The notes beneath the pieces are model-generated. The model did not search any database. It had not been told where the DNA came from and was given only the letters and a program-made list of their open reading frames with translations. 64,000 nt of DNA from Octopus vulgaris (taxonomy: Eukaryota), in NCBI GenBank assembly GCA_951406725.2, contig OX597836.1, positions 4,526,001 through 4,590,000 of the forward strand, written 5' to 3'. The position numbers and the translations under genes are program-made. This document shows positions 1 to 15,771 of the stretch, piece by piece; within the stretch, counting starts at the first letter, position 1, and each line of letters opens with the position of its first letter.

Positions 1-179
1 CAGATATCCTATTCTTTGGGTATCTCTTTTGTGTTTGAATGTACACTGTATTCTTCCCTGAATAATGTATAGTCTATTACTAATTTTTTCCTCCTCGCTA
101 GACGACTGGTAACTAAAAATTTTTTCGATAAATATTCTTGCTACCCTAAGATTTTGATATATAAATATATGTGTGTATG

Positions 180-261
<82 letters not shown>

Positions 262-276
262 ACAGACAAGAAAGTA

Positions 277-477
277 CATTTAGGATGCAGTAAACCTTTG
301 AGGACAGCAGAGAAATTGTGTATTTAACCTTATAAGACGGAAAAAGTTACCAGTTGGAGGTTACGGGACTCAGCTGGTAGCCGGAAAATCTGAGTTCGTG
401 TCCTGTAGCCACCTTCTGATAACAATTTTCCGCCTTATAAGGAGCGACACCTGTATAGCTTTAATACATCCGAAATG
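277..477. repeat. ~200-nt imperfect palindrome embedded between (TA)n arrays
   Basis: Outer arms catttaggatgcagtaaacct / agctttaatacatccgaaatg; inner arms 328-369 / 400-442. Confidence 0.65.
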
Positions 478-525
478 CCAACTACCCCGTAGGGGAATAT
501 CTTAGTGTGATCTCTAGCCCCAAGA

Positions 526-584
<59 letters not shown>

Positions 585-861
585 GACGTGAAGTTAGTTC
601 ATCCTGAAATATATTAAGAAGCACATAGGTAAATATGCCAAGAGAGCACCAATCACCTTGTAACTTGCTGAGCATATTTCAAAGCAATCCTCCAATGCTA
701 CGTCTATAATCATTACAACTACATGATCGAGGGAATGCAAGCTATTAAGTTGTCACCGTCATCCTTCTCCTCCTATTTGTCCTCCTCCTAATCCTCATCG
801 TCCTCGTCATCGTCGTCATATAATTATATAAGGAAAACAATATAGAAATATATTAACTTAC

Positions 862-939
862 AGAGCTGTCACTAGCAAGCGAGTTCGATCTGGTCGAATG
901 AAATCTGCTTTGGCTAATAAATTTACGTTCAAACTTCAT
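862..939 (-). CDS. Candidate first coding exon of a host gene (MKFERKFISQSRFHSTRSNSLASDSS)
   Basis: ATG followed by exactly 26 codons, then a consensus GTAAGT donor (861-856) in non-repetitive sequence. No homology recognised. Confidence 0.2.
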
Positions 940-1594
940 TACAAGGCGACTTAGATATCTGCCCAGGCTTCACAGTAAACGTTTAAGTAGTATAAGGAGA
1001 CGTGATTGCATCACCATTCGGTTAGAATTCATTCGAAGCTGGCCACACTGGAGCAGCTTTAAACTAAATTGCATGCTGAAAGTGCACAATGTACCACCTA
1101 CTCTGCGAAACGAACACACAATCTTGGGTCCAGGAAGCCAATATTCTAACCTCGAGGTCACGCTTTTTCACTTTTAATAGCATACATATTACATACGTAA
1201 ATACCGGTTTTCTAAGAATGATGGAAGTGAATCGACCTCGTGATCTTAGAATAGCCAGCCCTGCATGGTAACAACCACGCCACACTGTTCCACTGTCAAA
1301 CATATACATACACACATACAAATTTCAGTTTTCCATATGAAAGAGAAAGCAGAATTCCTAGACCATTAACTATTTCTTCATACACCATCCTGACTATAAT
1401 TTCAATAAAATGTCGACCACTATTAATTTATCATGGCAACTTCCGGTACATTTGACAGCAAGTATTGACGTATTGGTGTATCTGTTTATGAGGCAAATTG
1501 TTTGGACATCGCTTGCATTATGTGTGGCAATAATAGTTTGTAATGCTGCTGAGATTTTTTCGAAACTTGACAACATGTATCGCGAGAGTTTAAA

Positions 1595-1735
<141 letters not shown>

Positions 1736-1817
1736 TTCTGTCTATATATTTATCTATCTCTCTGTTTGTCTATTTATTTATTTATCTATCTCTTCTGCTC
1801 TTTCTTCTTTCTGTCTG

Positions 1818-1885
<68 letters not shown>

Positions 1886-2395
1886 CAGGGACATATACAT
1901 ACAAATATATATATATGTTTATATATATATGTATATATGTATGTGTATACATGAGTGTGTGTGTATGTGTGTGTGTGTGCGTATATAGTGGTATACGCTC
2001 TTATGTATGTGGATGAGTATATGTTAATACACACACGTACACATACACGCATATATATAGATATATATAGATATATATATGTGTGTGTGTGTATGCATAC
2101 ATATATAAGTAAGCAGATGAGTAATTCTACCCAACTTCCTTCATATGTTGTACATGCCATATTTTTCTTTACTTATGTAACTCACTATTTACCCACAGGC
2201 TCTTTTGACAAACACTCCTTATTAACAAAACGTAACTTTTGATCGCTTCGATTAGCATTTTCCGTAGCATTGCATATTACTGTTTCATTGTTTGCGCGCC
2301 TCTTCGACAAGGGAGAGAATCTTCTTGACATAGGACTGGTGTGTTTTACATTTTTGTTAGTGAAGTCCATTTCAATTTACTGGGATGAGGTGTAT

Positions 2396-2472
<77 letters not shown>

Positions 2473-2723
2473 AATTTGTGTTGCTTTTATTATTCAAATA
2501 TAAAAAGATTAATGTCTGTTTTCAACTACAACAAGAAAATCATTTAATATTTGTACACAGCAGCCATTTTGATTTCGTTGAAACACATCAGTGCTATTTA
2601 AATAAGCATTTATTAATTATTTAAGCGATAATATTTCATGATAGGAAAACTAAAATGTATTAAGAAATATTTTGTGAAAATGAAAGATAAGAAAAATATA
2701 GGAAATCATGATTGTGTAGAGAA

Positions 2724-2762
<39 letters not shown>

Positions 2763-3459
2763 AAGAGGGGTGATAGATTGAAAGAAATAGAGAAGTGCTT
2801 CATTTAAAATTCATGATGAGATTAGCTTTTTCAATCCGTGCATTATACATCCATCCCTACATACATACATACATACATATGTACGTACGTACATACATAC
2901 ATACATACATACATACATACATACATGCATACATACGTACATACATACATACACATAGATACATACATACATGCATACATGTATATATATTTATGCATTA
3001 GGTGACATGACGTATCTTATAAATAATATGCCGCTTCATATATCTGAATGCATGAAACTATTGGTAGTTCACTTCATCGTCTGTCTAAATATATGTTTAA
3101 CTCTTACCGGATGGAGCACCTTTTTGTTGATTCAGCATATATTGGATCTTTAAACTTCACACATACAGAGAGAGAGAAAAAGAGAGAGAGAGACATGCAC
3201 ATACATATGTAGGTATGCATGATAGGAGTTTGGGGAAAACAATACTTATATATTACTAAATAGCTGACCCTGTACCATCAAAAATGAGGGATAATATTTG
3301 TGTTTTATATATAAATAAGGTACCTCATGATCACAGATACAAACACTTCCCTTGTGCACGCACACACGTAGACACGCATATTCACACAGTTGAAAAGCTG
3401 TTTGTTTCTTTTTTTTCGGCGTTGAATGTTCACCATCCCACTTCTATCGCGTGAACAAA

Positions 3460-3507
<48 letters not shown>

Positions 3508-5276
3508 TTCACAACGCTTTCTACATGCACTCACATATACTCACAGAAAGTTGAAACGCTGATTTCCCCGCTTCTTTCGTTATTCATCTATCACACTTTC
3601 ATTTTCATTCCTATGTTGTGACGGAGAATAACGCAAGACTGTTATTGTGGTAGAAGATAGCGGACGCGCTCTTTCCCACGTCCTCTCTCACATTGAAATT
3701 ACTTTCTCTCACACCCTCTCAGTCATGCCCATTACGCTCACTACTTCTCCTTCACTGAATTACTATTTTCTCTCTCCTCTCCCTTCACTCATACTACTCT
3801 TTCTCCTACTCCCCTCTGCCTGATTTTGGAAAACACACGTATATATATATATATATATACAAATACAAAAAACACTACGCTCATTATTACATTACGATAT
3901 ATATATATATATATATATAAAATTGTATGCGTATGTGTCATCCACACATACTTGTGTATGTCCATATTTTAAGAAAGAAAATAACTAAAATACATGGCTT
4001 AATGTAATCAGACTTACGTACTGTATAACAGGTATATCAAAGTCATAAAAAAGATGCATAATTCATGAGAATTATCTCGTCTCTTGATGAAAGATCGTAA
4101 TTGGCAACTGGCAAAAGATGCCAACGCCATATTGAAACGGAATTCTGTTCAAGAATCAGGAGTTCTCAGAATCTGGTACGACGAGAAACCTCGTTTTCTG
4201 AGGATACAAAAGCAGCTACGGACGCATATTCCTGCCTCTGTTGGCGTCATCAGCTCTACAAATTTTGTACCGTATCTTCTATAGTTACGAGACTTACATA
4301 TACAGATAGAACGCAGTTATTTATTCATATATTTATGTATTAATTTATATATAATGTGAGTGAAAACACACAGACACACACCATAACACAAACACACTCT
4401 CCTGTCGAAGACGACGAATAGGTGCTCAACTTTTGCCGAACGACGTGCTGAAATGACTTGTTTAGAATGATTAAATGCTTGTACTACACTCTCTCCGTAA
4501 AATCGACGTTCTCTGAACAGGTGCGCGTCAGGTGTCGAAGTGATCACAGAGCAGCCTGAAGTGTTCTGTTAAAGAGCGCAATACACTATCCGGGCACTAC
4601 ACGGTTAGGAATTGAAATCATGATAACGTGATAGCGAATGCAGCACTCTAACCTCTAGATCTTGTCCACTGATACATACGAGTATATGTGTGTGTTTGTA
4701 TGTGTGTGTGTGTTTGTGCGTGTGTGTGTGTGTGTGTGTGTATTACGTGAGTGTGTTATGTATGTGGGTGAATATATGCATGTAATTAAGTACGTATATC
4801 TTTCAGAATGTAATAAACAGCAACAAGCAAAAGACAGATTAGAGAACAACAAATATAGTGTAGTAGTTTGACACTACATGAACAAAGTGTAGTCTTCGAC
4901 GATTCGAGCTTATGCACTTCTACAGAAAGGAATGAAGACAGAAAACAGAGACGGAGGAGAAAAATAACTAGAGAAAAACTAAACGTGTCTCGGTAAAAGC
5001 ATACGCAGGTATATATCGGATGCATAAAAAAGATTATAAAGCAAATAAGTAGGTGTGTAAGAATTATTATTGCCTCCTATAATACGACAGATATCCAAAC
5101 AGTTTTTCTTGTAAACGAGATATATCGATACATCAATGCACATTGTCAAATGTAACGGAAGCTGCGTTGATAAATTAAGATTGAAGACGGTGCAGCCTCT
5201 CACAGATATTGTAGATATGTTTGTCAGAACTTATAGAAAACTAAAACTAGATAGCATACAAAACAATAGATACCAG

Positions 5277-5655
<379 letters not shown>

Positions 5656-6028
5656 GAATAGCTGTTATGTATAAATGTTTATTGTTCTTTATGTTTGCTA
5701 GTGGGTGTTTGTTGACGGGGTATCACTAGAATTTATGTGTAGGTAAGCTACTACAGTATATATGACCTGAAGTGTAAACATGTGAGTGGTCGTCACACAT
5801 TCCCACTGTGAAGCTCATAGCGGGAAAATATTTTTGGTCATATTCGTCTACTTACATCGTCTGTCTTTGAATGTAGGTAAGCCGGTGTTTGTGTGCGCAA
5901 GTGTGAGTTTGTCCCTGTATACATACATATACATATATATACATATATATGCGTGTGTGTATTATTATACATAGGAAGAGGAAACTAGACATATATGCAT
6001 TCTTTTTAGAATTAAGAAATTGCTGAAG

Positions 6029-6071
<43 letters not shown>

Positions 6072-6314
6072 TAGATAGATAGATAGATAGATATATAGAT
6101 ATAGATATATACACACATATATATGTATATATATATATATATACATAAATATATATACATATATATACATATATACATATGTATATCTGGCAACGGGAAA
6201 CTCAGAGTAACAGGTTTTATTGAATTTTCTGCTGCTTTAAATAAAGCATATTACTCTACCACTGGTATTTGAGTACTCTTTTTTTCACCTTGTTTCACAT
6301 TTATGTATTTACTC

Positions 6315-6387
<73 letters not shown>

Positions 6388-6738
6388 TATATATTTGTTT
6401 AGATATGTTTGTGCGTGTGTATATGATGTACGCACACAGACCCAGACAATCACGAAACACGGACATATAAGGAATTGGTAAGTAGTTGAACGGACGCGAA
6501 TACTTCGTACTTATTACTGTCTTATACTGCAACACATTCGACCATCTCATACATTGAGGGACATGCTAAACTCAACTAAACGAATTACTAAGTATTGATA
6601 CATATACACATATCTACACACTCACACATACACACACACACACTCACATATACATATATATACATATATATATATATATACATAGTACCCGTACCCAGGC
6701 ACATATATATATATATGTATATATGTAAATATATACAT

Positions 6739-6809
<71 letters not shown>

Positions 6810-7344
6810 TAAGTATATATATATGAACATATGCATCTGCGTAACTTAATGTGTTTTACTATACACATATGAAGATGGCGGTGCGTCCGTATCTTAGTGC
6901 GTAATATATAACCAATATGCAATATCAGACCCATGTTCCGCATTGTGAATATTGTCAAGCGTTTCCTTTTGTCTGAATTGTGACATGTTGATATCATCGT
7001 ATATTATTTATAATATTTGCATAAATATTTGCACGCCATTGTTTATTTCATATTCTTTTTTTTTTTCCTCGTTTTGTTTTTTTGTTCTCTCATCCTTTGT
7101 TATTTTCATTATATGATATCACATGTTATCATCCATTAATATTTTCTATTATATTCTCCTAAGAATGATAATTCTACTTCGTATGAGAATCAATTTTATA
7201 CGCTCTGAATGTTAGATCTCATTTATCTGTACCTTGTTTTTTCCTCATATGTCTCTCTTTCTCTCTCTCTCTCTGTCTCATTCTGTCACATTCTCTATTA
7301 ATGTTACTAGCTACCTATCTCTCACTGTTCCTCTGCCTCTGCCT

Positions 7345-7395
<51 letters not shown>

Positions 7396-7433
7396 AATAA
7401 ATTTATATATGTATGTTTAACTATGTATATGTA

Positions 7434-7479
<46 letters not shown>

Positions 7480-7511
7480 CCTATATCTATATAAATATGT
7501 GTATATAGATA

Positions 7512-7563
<52 letters not shown>

Positions 7564-7810
7564 TCTATCTATCTATATATCTATCGGTCTCGGTGTATAT
7601 ATATATATATATATATATATACATACATACATAAGACACGCATATATGTATATACATCTAAATATATTCATATATAATTCAATCCTATTTTCATATGTTC
7701 TTTGATGCATTGTCACGGGTTGAAAACCTTGTTAGTTCGCTTAGAAATTTCATTCGGATTTGTTTTAACTACGTACATCCATGTATGCGTGTTTATATAA
7801 GTTCGTATAT

Positions 7811-7856
<46 letters not shown>

Positions 7857-8092
7857 GTGTGTGTGTATAAATATATATATACACACACATACACACATAC
7901 ATAAGTGTGTGTCTGTGTGTATGTGTTTGTGTGTTTGTGTGTGTGAATATATATGCTTATACAACGGATGGGAAAGGGACCGTGAATTATCTTATAACCT
8001 GATTTGATAGAGAATATAATCTGGATCTACGTAGCTTAGAGAAAACAAGGAAACGTTTATACATATATCCCTATATACATACATATATACAT

Positions 8093-8181
<89 letters not shown>

Positions 8182-8266
8182 TTATATATATATATGTATA
8201 CATATATATATATATAGATGGATAAATATATAGATAGATAGATAGATAGATAGATACACATATATG

Positions 8267-8306
<40 letters not shown>

Positions 8307-9263
8307 TATATGTATACTTATACTTACACCAACTCAAATACACATAGGCACACATATATACACATATATATATGTATATATATACGTATATATACATATA
8401 CACATATACATACATACATACATACATACATACATACATGCATTCGTGCATGTGTGTCTGACACCATGAAGCAGAAGAGGATGAGAGAAATAGAGAGAGA
8501 GAGGGGAGAGAGAGAGAGAGAGAGACGTAGAGAACCAGACAGACAGGCACACGAACAGAAAGACAGACAGAGAGACAGAACGAGATTGACAGAGAAAGTG
8601 ATAAATAACGTCTCGGGCGCACACGTTTTGAAAGATGGCGAATCTTTGCCGCTGTATAAAATATATTTTATGTCTTGTATCAAAGATTCCGTTTTATTTG
8701 ACTGGAAACCAGGACCGATGCTCATAATATTCTCGTTGGCTTTCCATTTATTGTTCTTGTTCTGTTCGACATTTGGTTTTGTAGTTGCAGTTGTTGTTGT
8801 TGTTGTTGTTGCTGGTCGGAGCCTTTTGTTATTGATCTATTGACGTTGTTGTTCATGTTGATACCGCTGTTGATATTGACGTTGGTTGTTGCTGTTGTTG
8901 TTGTTGTTGTTGTCGTCGTCGTCTTCGTCGTCGTCGCTAGGCAGCTTCCTCGCGCTTGAACGGTCTCCCGAAGTTATTTCTAGATCTACGCCAGCGTCTT
9001 GAAAGGTGGAATGATACTCCAAATATTGCAGTCCTTGACATAAGGTAGTAGTAGTAGTATTAGTAGTAGTAGTAGTAGCAGTAGTGGTAGTAGTGGTAGT
9101 AGTAGTGGCGGTGGTGGTGTGGTGGTGGTGGTGGTGGTGGTGGTGGTCGTCGTCGTCGTCGTCGTCATCGTATTTGTGTTGTAGTAGGTGAAATGTAGCA
9201 GAAATGATTGTTGTGTTTGTAGTAGTGGTATTTCTATTATTATTATTATCATTATTATTATTA

Positions 9264-9294
<31 letters not shown>

Positions 9295-9330
9295 CATTAT
9301 TATCATTATTATTATTATTATTATTATTAC

Positions 9331-9402
<72 letters not shown>

Positions 9403-9404
<2 letters not shown>

Positions 9405-9550
9405 TATGTTTGACTTTTGCTTTATGTTTGGACAAGCTGGCTCCAAGTCTCACCCAGAGACCTCAAGAGACAACAGGTTGGAAGTTCACGTTGTTGTTAT
9501 GCCTAGTGTGCCATATATTGGGGGTGGGGTTTGTACTAGTGAGTGTCTAA
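9403..9550 (-). mobile_element. Short retroelement 3' end abutting a (TAA)n array, probably a second Dong/R4-type tail
   Basis: Unique sequence ending ...aaaagtcaaacatag directly followed by (AAT)n on the minus strand. Family call is from pattern recognition only. Confidence 0.4.
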
Positions 9551-9589
9551 TAAATAATTTTTTTTTTTAAATTGTTTGTTTTAAACCTT

Positions 9590-10325
9590 GAGAGTATTTT
9601 GCGTATTTCATGATGGAAAGTGTCAGCTGTCCACAGCCAGCAACTAAGGTGACACTTGTTTACTGTTCATGCTTCCAGAACTCTACGAAGAACTCTTGCA
9701 GTTCGAAACAATTCTGATTTTTGTAGGTCTTCTACCTTCCCACTTGCACCGATCTTTATCAGCCATTTTGGTAGTTGAGTGCTGATACTTCCAAGTACAC
9801 CAATTACTATTGGTGCTATTCGTATCACTTCTACTCTCTTCATTGACCACAACCTTTGTATTTCCCACATTAAATCGTCATAGTCGTTTATTTTTTCTTC
9901 TTCTTCCACATTGATCCTGTTTTCACTGGGGTATGCTATGTCAATTATCATGCATGTTCTTTCTCTTTTTATTCATCACAACAATGTCCGGTTTCCGATG
10001 TCTGGTCGAGTGGTCACATTGGATCGTTGCATCCCACAGGATTTTGCTATTCCCATTTTCGGTGACTCCCTCTGGAGTTTGTTCACACTACCTCTTTACT
10101 CTTTGTAGGCCATGATTTCCACAGAGATCTGAATGGATCATTGTTGCCACATTGTCATGGCCTCTTTTGTATTCGCCCTGTGCCAATTCGAGCTTTCGAT
10201 AACGATGTGCCATACCGTTTCATCCCTCTCGCCACATATTCTGCACATGTCGCTATGAGCAGTGTTGTCTTTTCTTCACTTCATATAGTTGGTCCTTAAT
10301 GCTTGTTCCTGAGCTGTGCATATGA
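9590..10325 (-). mobile_element. Dong/R4-clade non-LTR retrotransposon 3' fragment (Zn knuckle + restriction-like endonuclease)
   Basis: CRICGERDETVWHI, HDNVA, IIDIAYP..EEEKINDYDDL.WEIQRLW..PIVIGVLG..TARVLRRVLEA*. The 3' UTR has an AAGTGTCA/TGACACTT hairpin. Confidence 0.85.
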
Positions 10326-10802
10326 GAGAGAAAGAGAGAGAGGGTGCCAAAGGTATAGATTGAGATAGGGAGAGAAAGAGAGAGTGGCAGAGACAAAGAG
10401 AAGCAGCGGCTTTGGGTATGTCTGGTGTGGGGTTGGCGTTTGTTAACAATAAGTGTTGATGAATCAGAGCAGAGAGAAAATAGTGAATGGTCAAAACAAG
10501 ATAATTGATTGAGGGTGAGGTTGGGAGGTGGCGGGAGTTTTTAAGGAGTGTTTTATGAAGGGCTTGTGAAAATGTCCTCCTGTTGGCTCCATTTCAATAG
10601 TTCACATTTGGCGGAATATATAATGGTCAGATGTTTTTCCAAATTCTCTTATGGTTGAATCAACTATCTTAATTTTATGAGGAGAAGCTTCAGTGATTTT
10701 TCAGTTAAAGATGGGTCATTTTTTTTTTGGTGGTGGAGGGCGGTGTTAATGAGGTGTAAGATACATGTCTTTTGATAGGAAGGAAATGAAAATAGAGAAA
10801 GA

Positions 10803-10865
<63 letters not shown>

Positions 10866-10879
10866 GACAAAAACATCAG

Positions 10880-11200
10880 GTCAGACTTGGAACGATTCTT
10901 GATAGAAACGTATTTTTTATATTTATATCTTGGCTTGAGATCATGGCGATCTTTTCCTTTGAGGCAAGTTCGGTTTTTTCAAGTGAATATAGATACATTC
11001 AACGATGTTCTAGTCGTAACTATCCCATCTTTTATTCAGACTCAATATGCCAGGAAGTACAACATCTGTTTGGGTCCTTTCATATTTGAAAACGCAGTGC
11101 AACTTCATGAATATTCGTCTGCTATTTCTTGCCTGTCGATAGGCCATCTGGTTGTGCAAAACCTTCGACATTTGTCGACGTAGTATTCTCCTAATTGACT
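10880..11200 (-). mobile_element. Decayed GIY-YIG endonuclease remnant of another PLE family
   Basis: Minus strand EYYVDKCRRFCTTRW...TAFS...KEKIAMI resembles YVG..F..RW..H..T.LS..LCL.EK..I; contains stops. Confidence 0.35.
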
Positions 11201-11961
11201 CTTGGTGGCTGCGCTCGAGCTTGTGTGTAAGCGTGTGTTTTCACATACACATACAGATGTATATATAAACTACACACATACACACATATACATATGTGTG
11301 TATATATATAAATATATATATATACATATATACATATATATATATATATGTATACATATGTACTTATATATATATATATGTATACATATGTACTTATATA
11401 TATATATGTGTGTGTATGTGTGTATGTGTGTATATGTGTGTGTTTATGTGTATATTTATATGTGCATGTGTGGGTGTGAGTGTTATGAACTCGATATGTG
11501 GCAGTATCTGAGCACACAGCAATTTAGAGATAATGAAGATAAGGTTCGTTTAGGATGTTTGAAACGTCTGTCATAACATCAGATGTTTAAGTGGTCAGAG
11601 TATCAAATAGCAAACACACACGCGCACACACAGACACACGCGAACTCACACAAATACACACAAACATGCACATATACACACGCAAGCTTACATTTGTGTT
11701 GTGGTTGTGTGTGGCTGTATTACAGAGATAAACATCTCCGTGTTGTCATGTCGGATAAAAACATATCCGAGAATAATTATTTCAATCATTCCTTGCCCCG
11801 AGTTTTACCAAACTTGTTGGAAAATACCATAGAAACATTCATAAGTATGTATATCCATAGAATATACACATTTGCGTACACACACATATGCGTAGACAAA
11901 TATACATACACTTGCAGACGTATTGATACGTGCATAAACCCATATATAAAAGCATAAATGC

Positions 11962-12020
<59 letters not shown>

Positions 12021-12033
12021 GTGTATATGGATG

Positions 12034-12074
<41 letters not shown>

Positions 12075-12125
12075 GCCTGTAACTCAAAATGTATAAATGT
12101 ACGTATATTAATATAGATGTATATT

Positions 12126-12159
<34 letters not shown>

Positions 12160-12247
12160 AAACAGATCGGTACATACGTTTATATGTTTCTGATATGTAC
12201 ACACACACACATACACACACACACACATACACATACACACAGAGAGA

Positions 12248-12299
<52 letters not shown>

Positions 12300-14219
12300 G
12301 ATTCCTGCATGCGTTTATGTATGCGTAAGACTGTGTGTGCGCGTATGGAATCACATGTTTACAATTTAATTAATAAGAACCGATAAAACACTCCCATGAA
12401 TCAATAAGCCTGTTTAGACAAGCAAACATAAAATGGAAACATAAAAACAAAACGCAAAAACAAAAAAAAACATACAAATAAAAGAATCAATTATTAAAAA
12501 AGTTTGAGTAAAAATAAATGCGTATTATAAAAAAAATTACATGAACAAAATAAAATTTTCAAAAGCAAAATAAGGAATGAAATAAAATAAAATAAAATAA
12601 GAGGAATACTTTCGCGACTCCTTATGGTAAAACCATAAAATGTATTCACTAAACTTTCTGAACCAATTAGTAGCCAATCATAATTGCACATCTTAAAATT
12701 TCCACTATCGAATTACAATAAATTATTATTCCGAAATAATATCGTTAGCAAAAGAGCATTCGAGGGAGCGCTTGCTTTCCTTCATATCGTAAAATACAAG
12801 TATGTCGTCAGTTTTAAAATGCTAGGGCTCATTAAATCTGTGCGTGTTAACCCTTCTTCTTCCTGGGTTCTACTTTTTTTTCTATTTTAGTCCTAAACAC
12901 ACATAGATAAAAAAGGGCGCATTTAATTTATTTTTAAGATGTAAAATTAAAAGAATGCTTAATAACAGTGTTTGCAATTTCTTCACAGAGAAAAACTGCG
13001 CATAAATATAATAGCGAAAAATCTTAAGTTATGGTAATTAATATAAACGGAAAACAAGAAATCTGGGGTCGTAACCGATGCATAAAGTCTTCGTAGTTAT
13101 CATCGAAGTATTACATTCAATCGCAAATAAAAATTTATAAAGAATAATATTAAGTAGAATGATTTTCTTCTTAAGAGAAACATGGGTACAACTCCTGGAA
13201 AATATGTCCTCCTTAAAATTACGTATAGCCTTAGATAGGTACCTCAGACCTAAAACATTATTGGCGGTTAGTATGCGCAAAATGATAACATTAGAAAGCA
13301 GTATTGTGCAAAAAATAATTAAAGTGGCGCTAACAGAAATGGCAGCAACAATAGTTTCACACACGCACACACACGCACACACACACTCCTGCCCACACAT
13401 ATTAATCGTTGTACATTTTGTATCAGAAGTCCGCTGTGAATGTAAGTTATTGGTTGCTTTTGTTCAGCATTTATTTCTTTTCCCCTGGTCAATACACGTC
13501 TCTTTGTATAATTTAGTTTTCAAAATTCTATTTCAATTCGAAATCAATCTTCTTTTTCTCTGATCGTGTCTGTTTAGGAAAAGAAAAGACAAAATGAAGA
13601 AAAAAGACAAAACAAAACAAATCCTATGTTGAACGTTTTATGTTCTAATGCCGGGTAAATAGATCTGCTGTGAAGATAGTATCAAATCTTCCAGACAAGA
13701 GACTTTATTAATCAATTAAGAATTTCGATTTAGATAATTTCGAAGATCTGGGAATCTAACAAATGACGGCTGCGAGTGTACAAAGACCATTACTACAAAG
13801 ACATGGAGGATAATTGAAGGAATTAAAAGATTTCTGACTGGAAAACCAAGGCGGATTCTTAATTACATCTGCACAGATATTGAAATAAACAAGTCAATAA
13901 TGTAGAACATCGTTTTAGTTTGTGAAATTTGATGCAGGGCAACGAATATCAAGCGAAGAACATACACTCGATACTGTTGTCTCACTGTCTGAAATGTATA
14001 AAAACGATGTACAATGTTTCTGTCACCCTCCAAGAAAAAGTCTTCTAAATTACTATCAAATTTATGGAGACAGTTTCAAAATTGGAAGCTCTCATAGAAC
14101 AATGTTACTTATAAATAACAGAATACATAATACAAACAGTGTGGCGTTCATATTTCATATGATTTTAATGATAGCTGTTTCTCTAGTTTGGTCTTTTCAG
14201 CCAAGTTATTCTATTTTAA

Positions 14220-14470
14220 TGTGTCTGGGGAGAGTCATTTTCTTTTTGTGTTTTATTACGTAACACACTCACTGGTAAAATTTCCACGTTTTTCTTATAT
14301 AAAAATAAAAAATAAATAAATAAAAAACATTAAAAAAAACGTGGAAATTTTACCGATGAGTGTGTTACATAATAAGGCACAAAACGAAACTGACTCTCCC
14401 CAGACACAATACAATATGCTTCAACACACGAACTCATACTAAGACTCTTGCAAACCAAATTCACAAAAGA
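14220..14470 (+). repeat. Palindromic repeat family, copy 1 (about 70-bp arms + ATG-starting tail)
   Basis: gtgtctggggagagtca...tttccacg inverted as cgtggaaa...tgactctccccagacac, then atgcttcaacacacgaactcatac. Confidence 0.75.
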
Positions 14471-15671
14471 AATATCCTATTTTAAAACTTCTTAAAACAT
14501 TCTGTGTATGAATGAATTGTTAGAGATGTAGTTATTCTGCTGTAGCAATTCCTGGAGTTCTTTAACATGAATGATGGATTTGCGAAGTCTAGTTAATGTT
14601 TCCAAGAGATGCTTGCTAGTTTGAAATGCACTTAACTCTCAGGATGTATCTTGCCATAAGGTAGGTACTAAATCATATTGCATACTTTTTTTATATTTAT
14701 TTCAGATTTTAGTGTATGTTGCGCATCTTATATGATCATCGCAGGGAAGAAACATAGATTATTGGATAAGATATACGGCTCACAATCGTAAGGTGGTGTG
14801 CTCGATTCTGGGCAACTAGTTGTGTTTTTGAGAAAGACACTTTATTTCACATTGGTCTAGCCCACTAAAATAGCAAAATGAGTAGTTCTTTTATTACAAA
14901 GGGGTAACCTTCTCACATTCTATATCACGCTGAATCTCCCTATGGGTACGCATCCCTGTTGGGTACCCAGCCACAAGCGCTTTAATTTCACGATCAGACG
15001 ATTCCATTGATCGAATCAGGTGGAACTATCGTCGTAGTAATCGACGGAGTGCAATTTTTCTTTTCTCTTTTTATATGATCATCACAGTATTCTTAAAATT
15101 GGAATGTATTTTTGCAAAATATTTCTTTTGGAATCGCTACTGCTTTAATGAAAATTGTCTTCGTTCGATTTTGTAAGCAATTGATGAGTCTCATTTGAAT
15201 CGGTATGAACAATAAAAATACCTTTTAATGTATTTAGTGAATCCTTGTGGTTCAAGAATATCTTTATGGAACGAAGTCGCGGGTTTCATTGCTGTATTGT
15301 CTCAAGCTTGTTCTTCGATGACATGGTCTGTAGAGATTTGGCATAAATGCAGATAATGGTGTAATGATGGTACTCTATTCTGCGTATTAGTTATTCCATT
15401 ATCGATCTGGAAATGATCTGGTCGGAGCCGGATTATTAAAACTTCAATATCTCCATTTCTATTTTTGTGTATTTGAAGGAGATTTTGTCCAAGCTAATCT
15501 GCTTTTCACAACTGAGAACGCTTCGAATATATGGTGTCTGTCTGTCTGTCAATCTGTTTGTTTGTACGTCTATCTGTCTGTCTGCCTGGCTGTCTCTGTT
15601 TCTCTCACACTCACATTCACTCACTCTCTCTCCGCTCTATCTCTATGCATATATATGTATATATGTATTTA

Positions 15672-15771
<100 letters not shown>

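Noticed and set aside
4215-4260. CTGATGA-containing hammerhead-like motif on the minus strand
   Set aside because: GGAA instead of GAAA and no stem I complementarity; at best decayed.
13038-13563. Hydrophobic 120/134-aa overlapping ORFs
   Set aside because: Cross a (CA)n repeat; no recognisable domain or splice signals.
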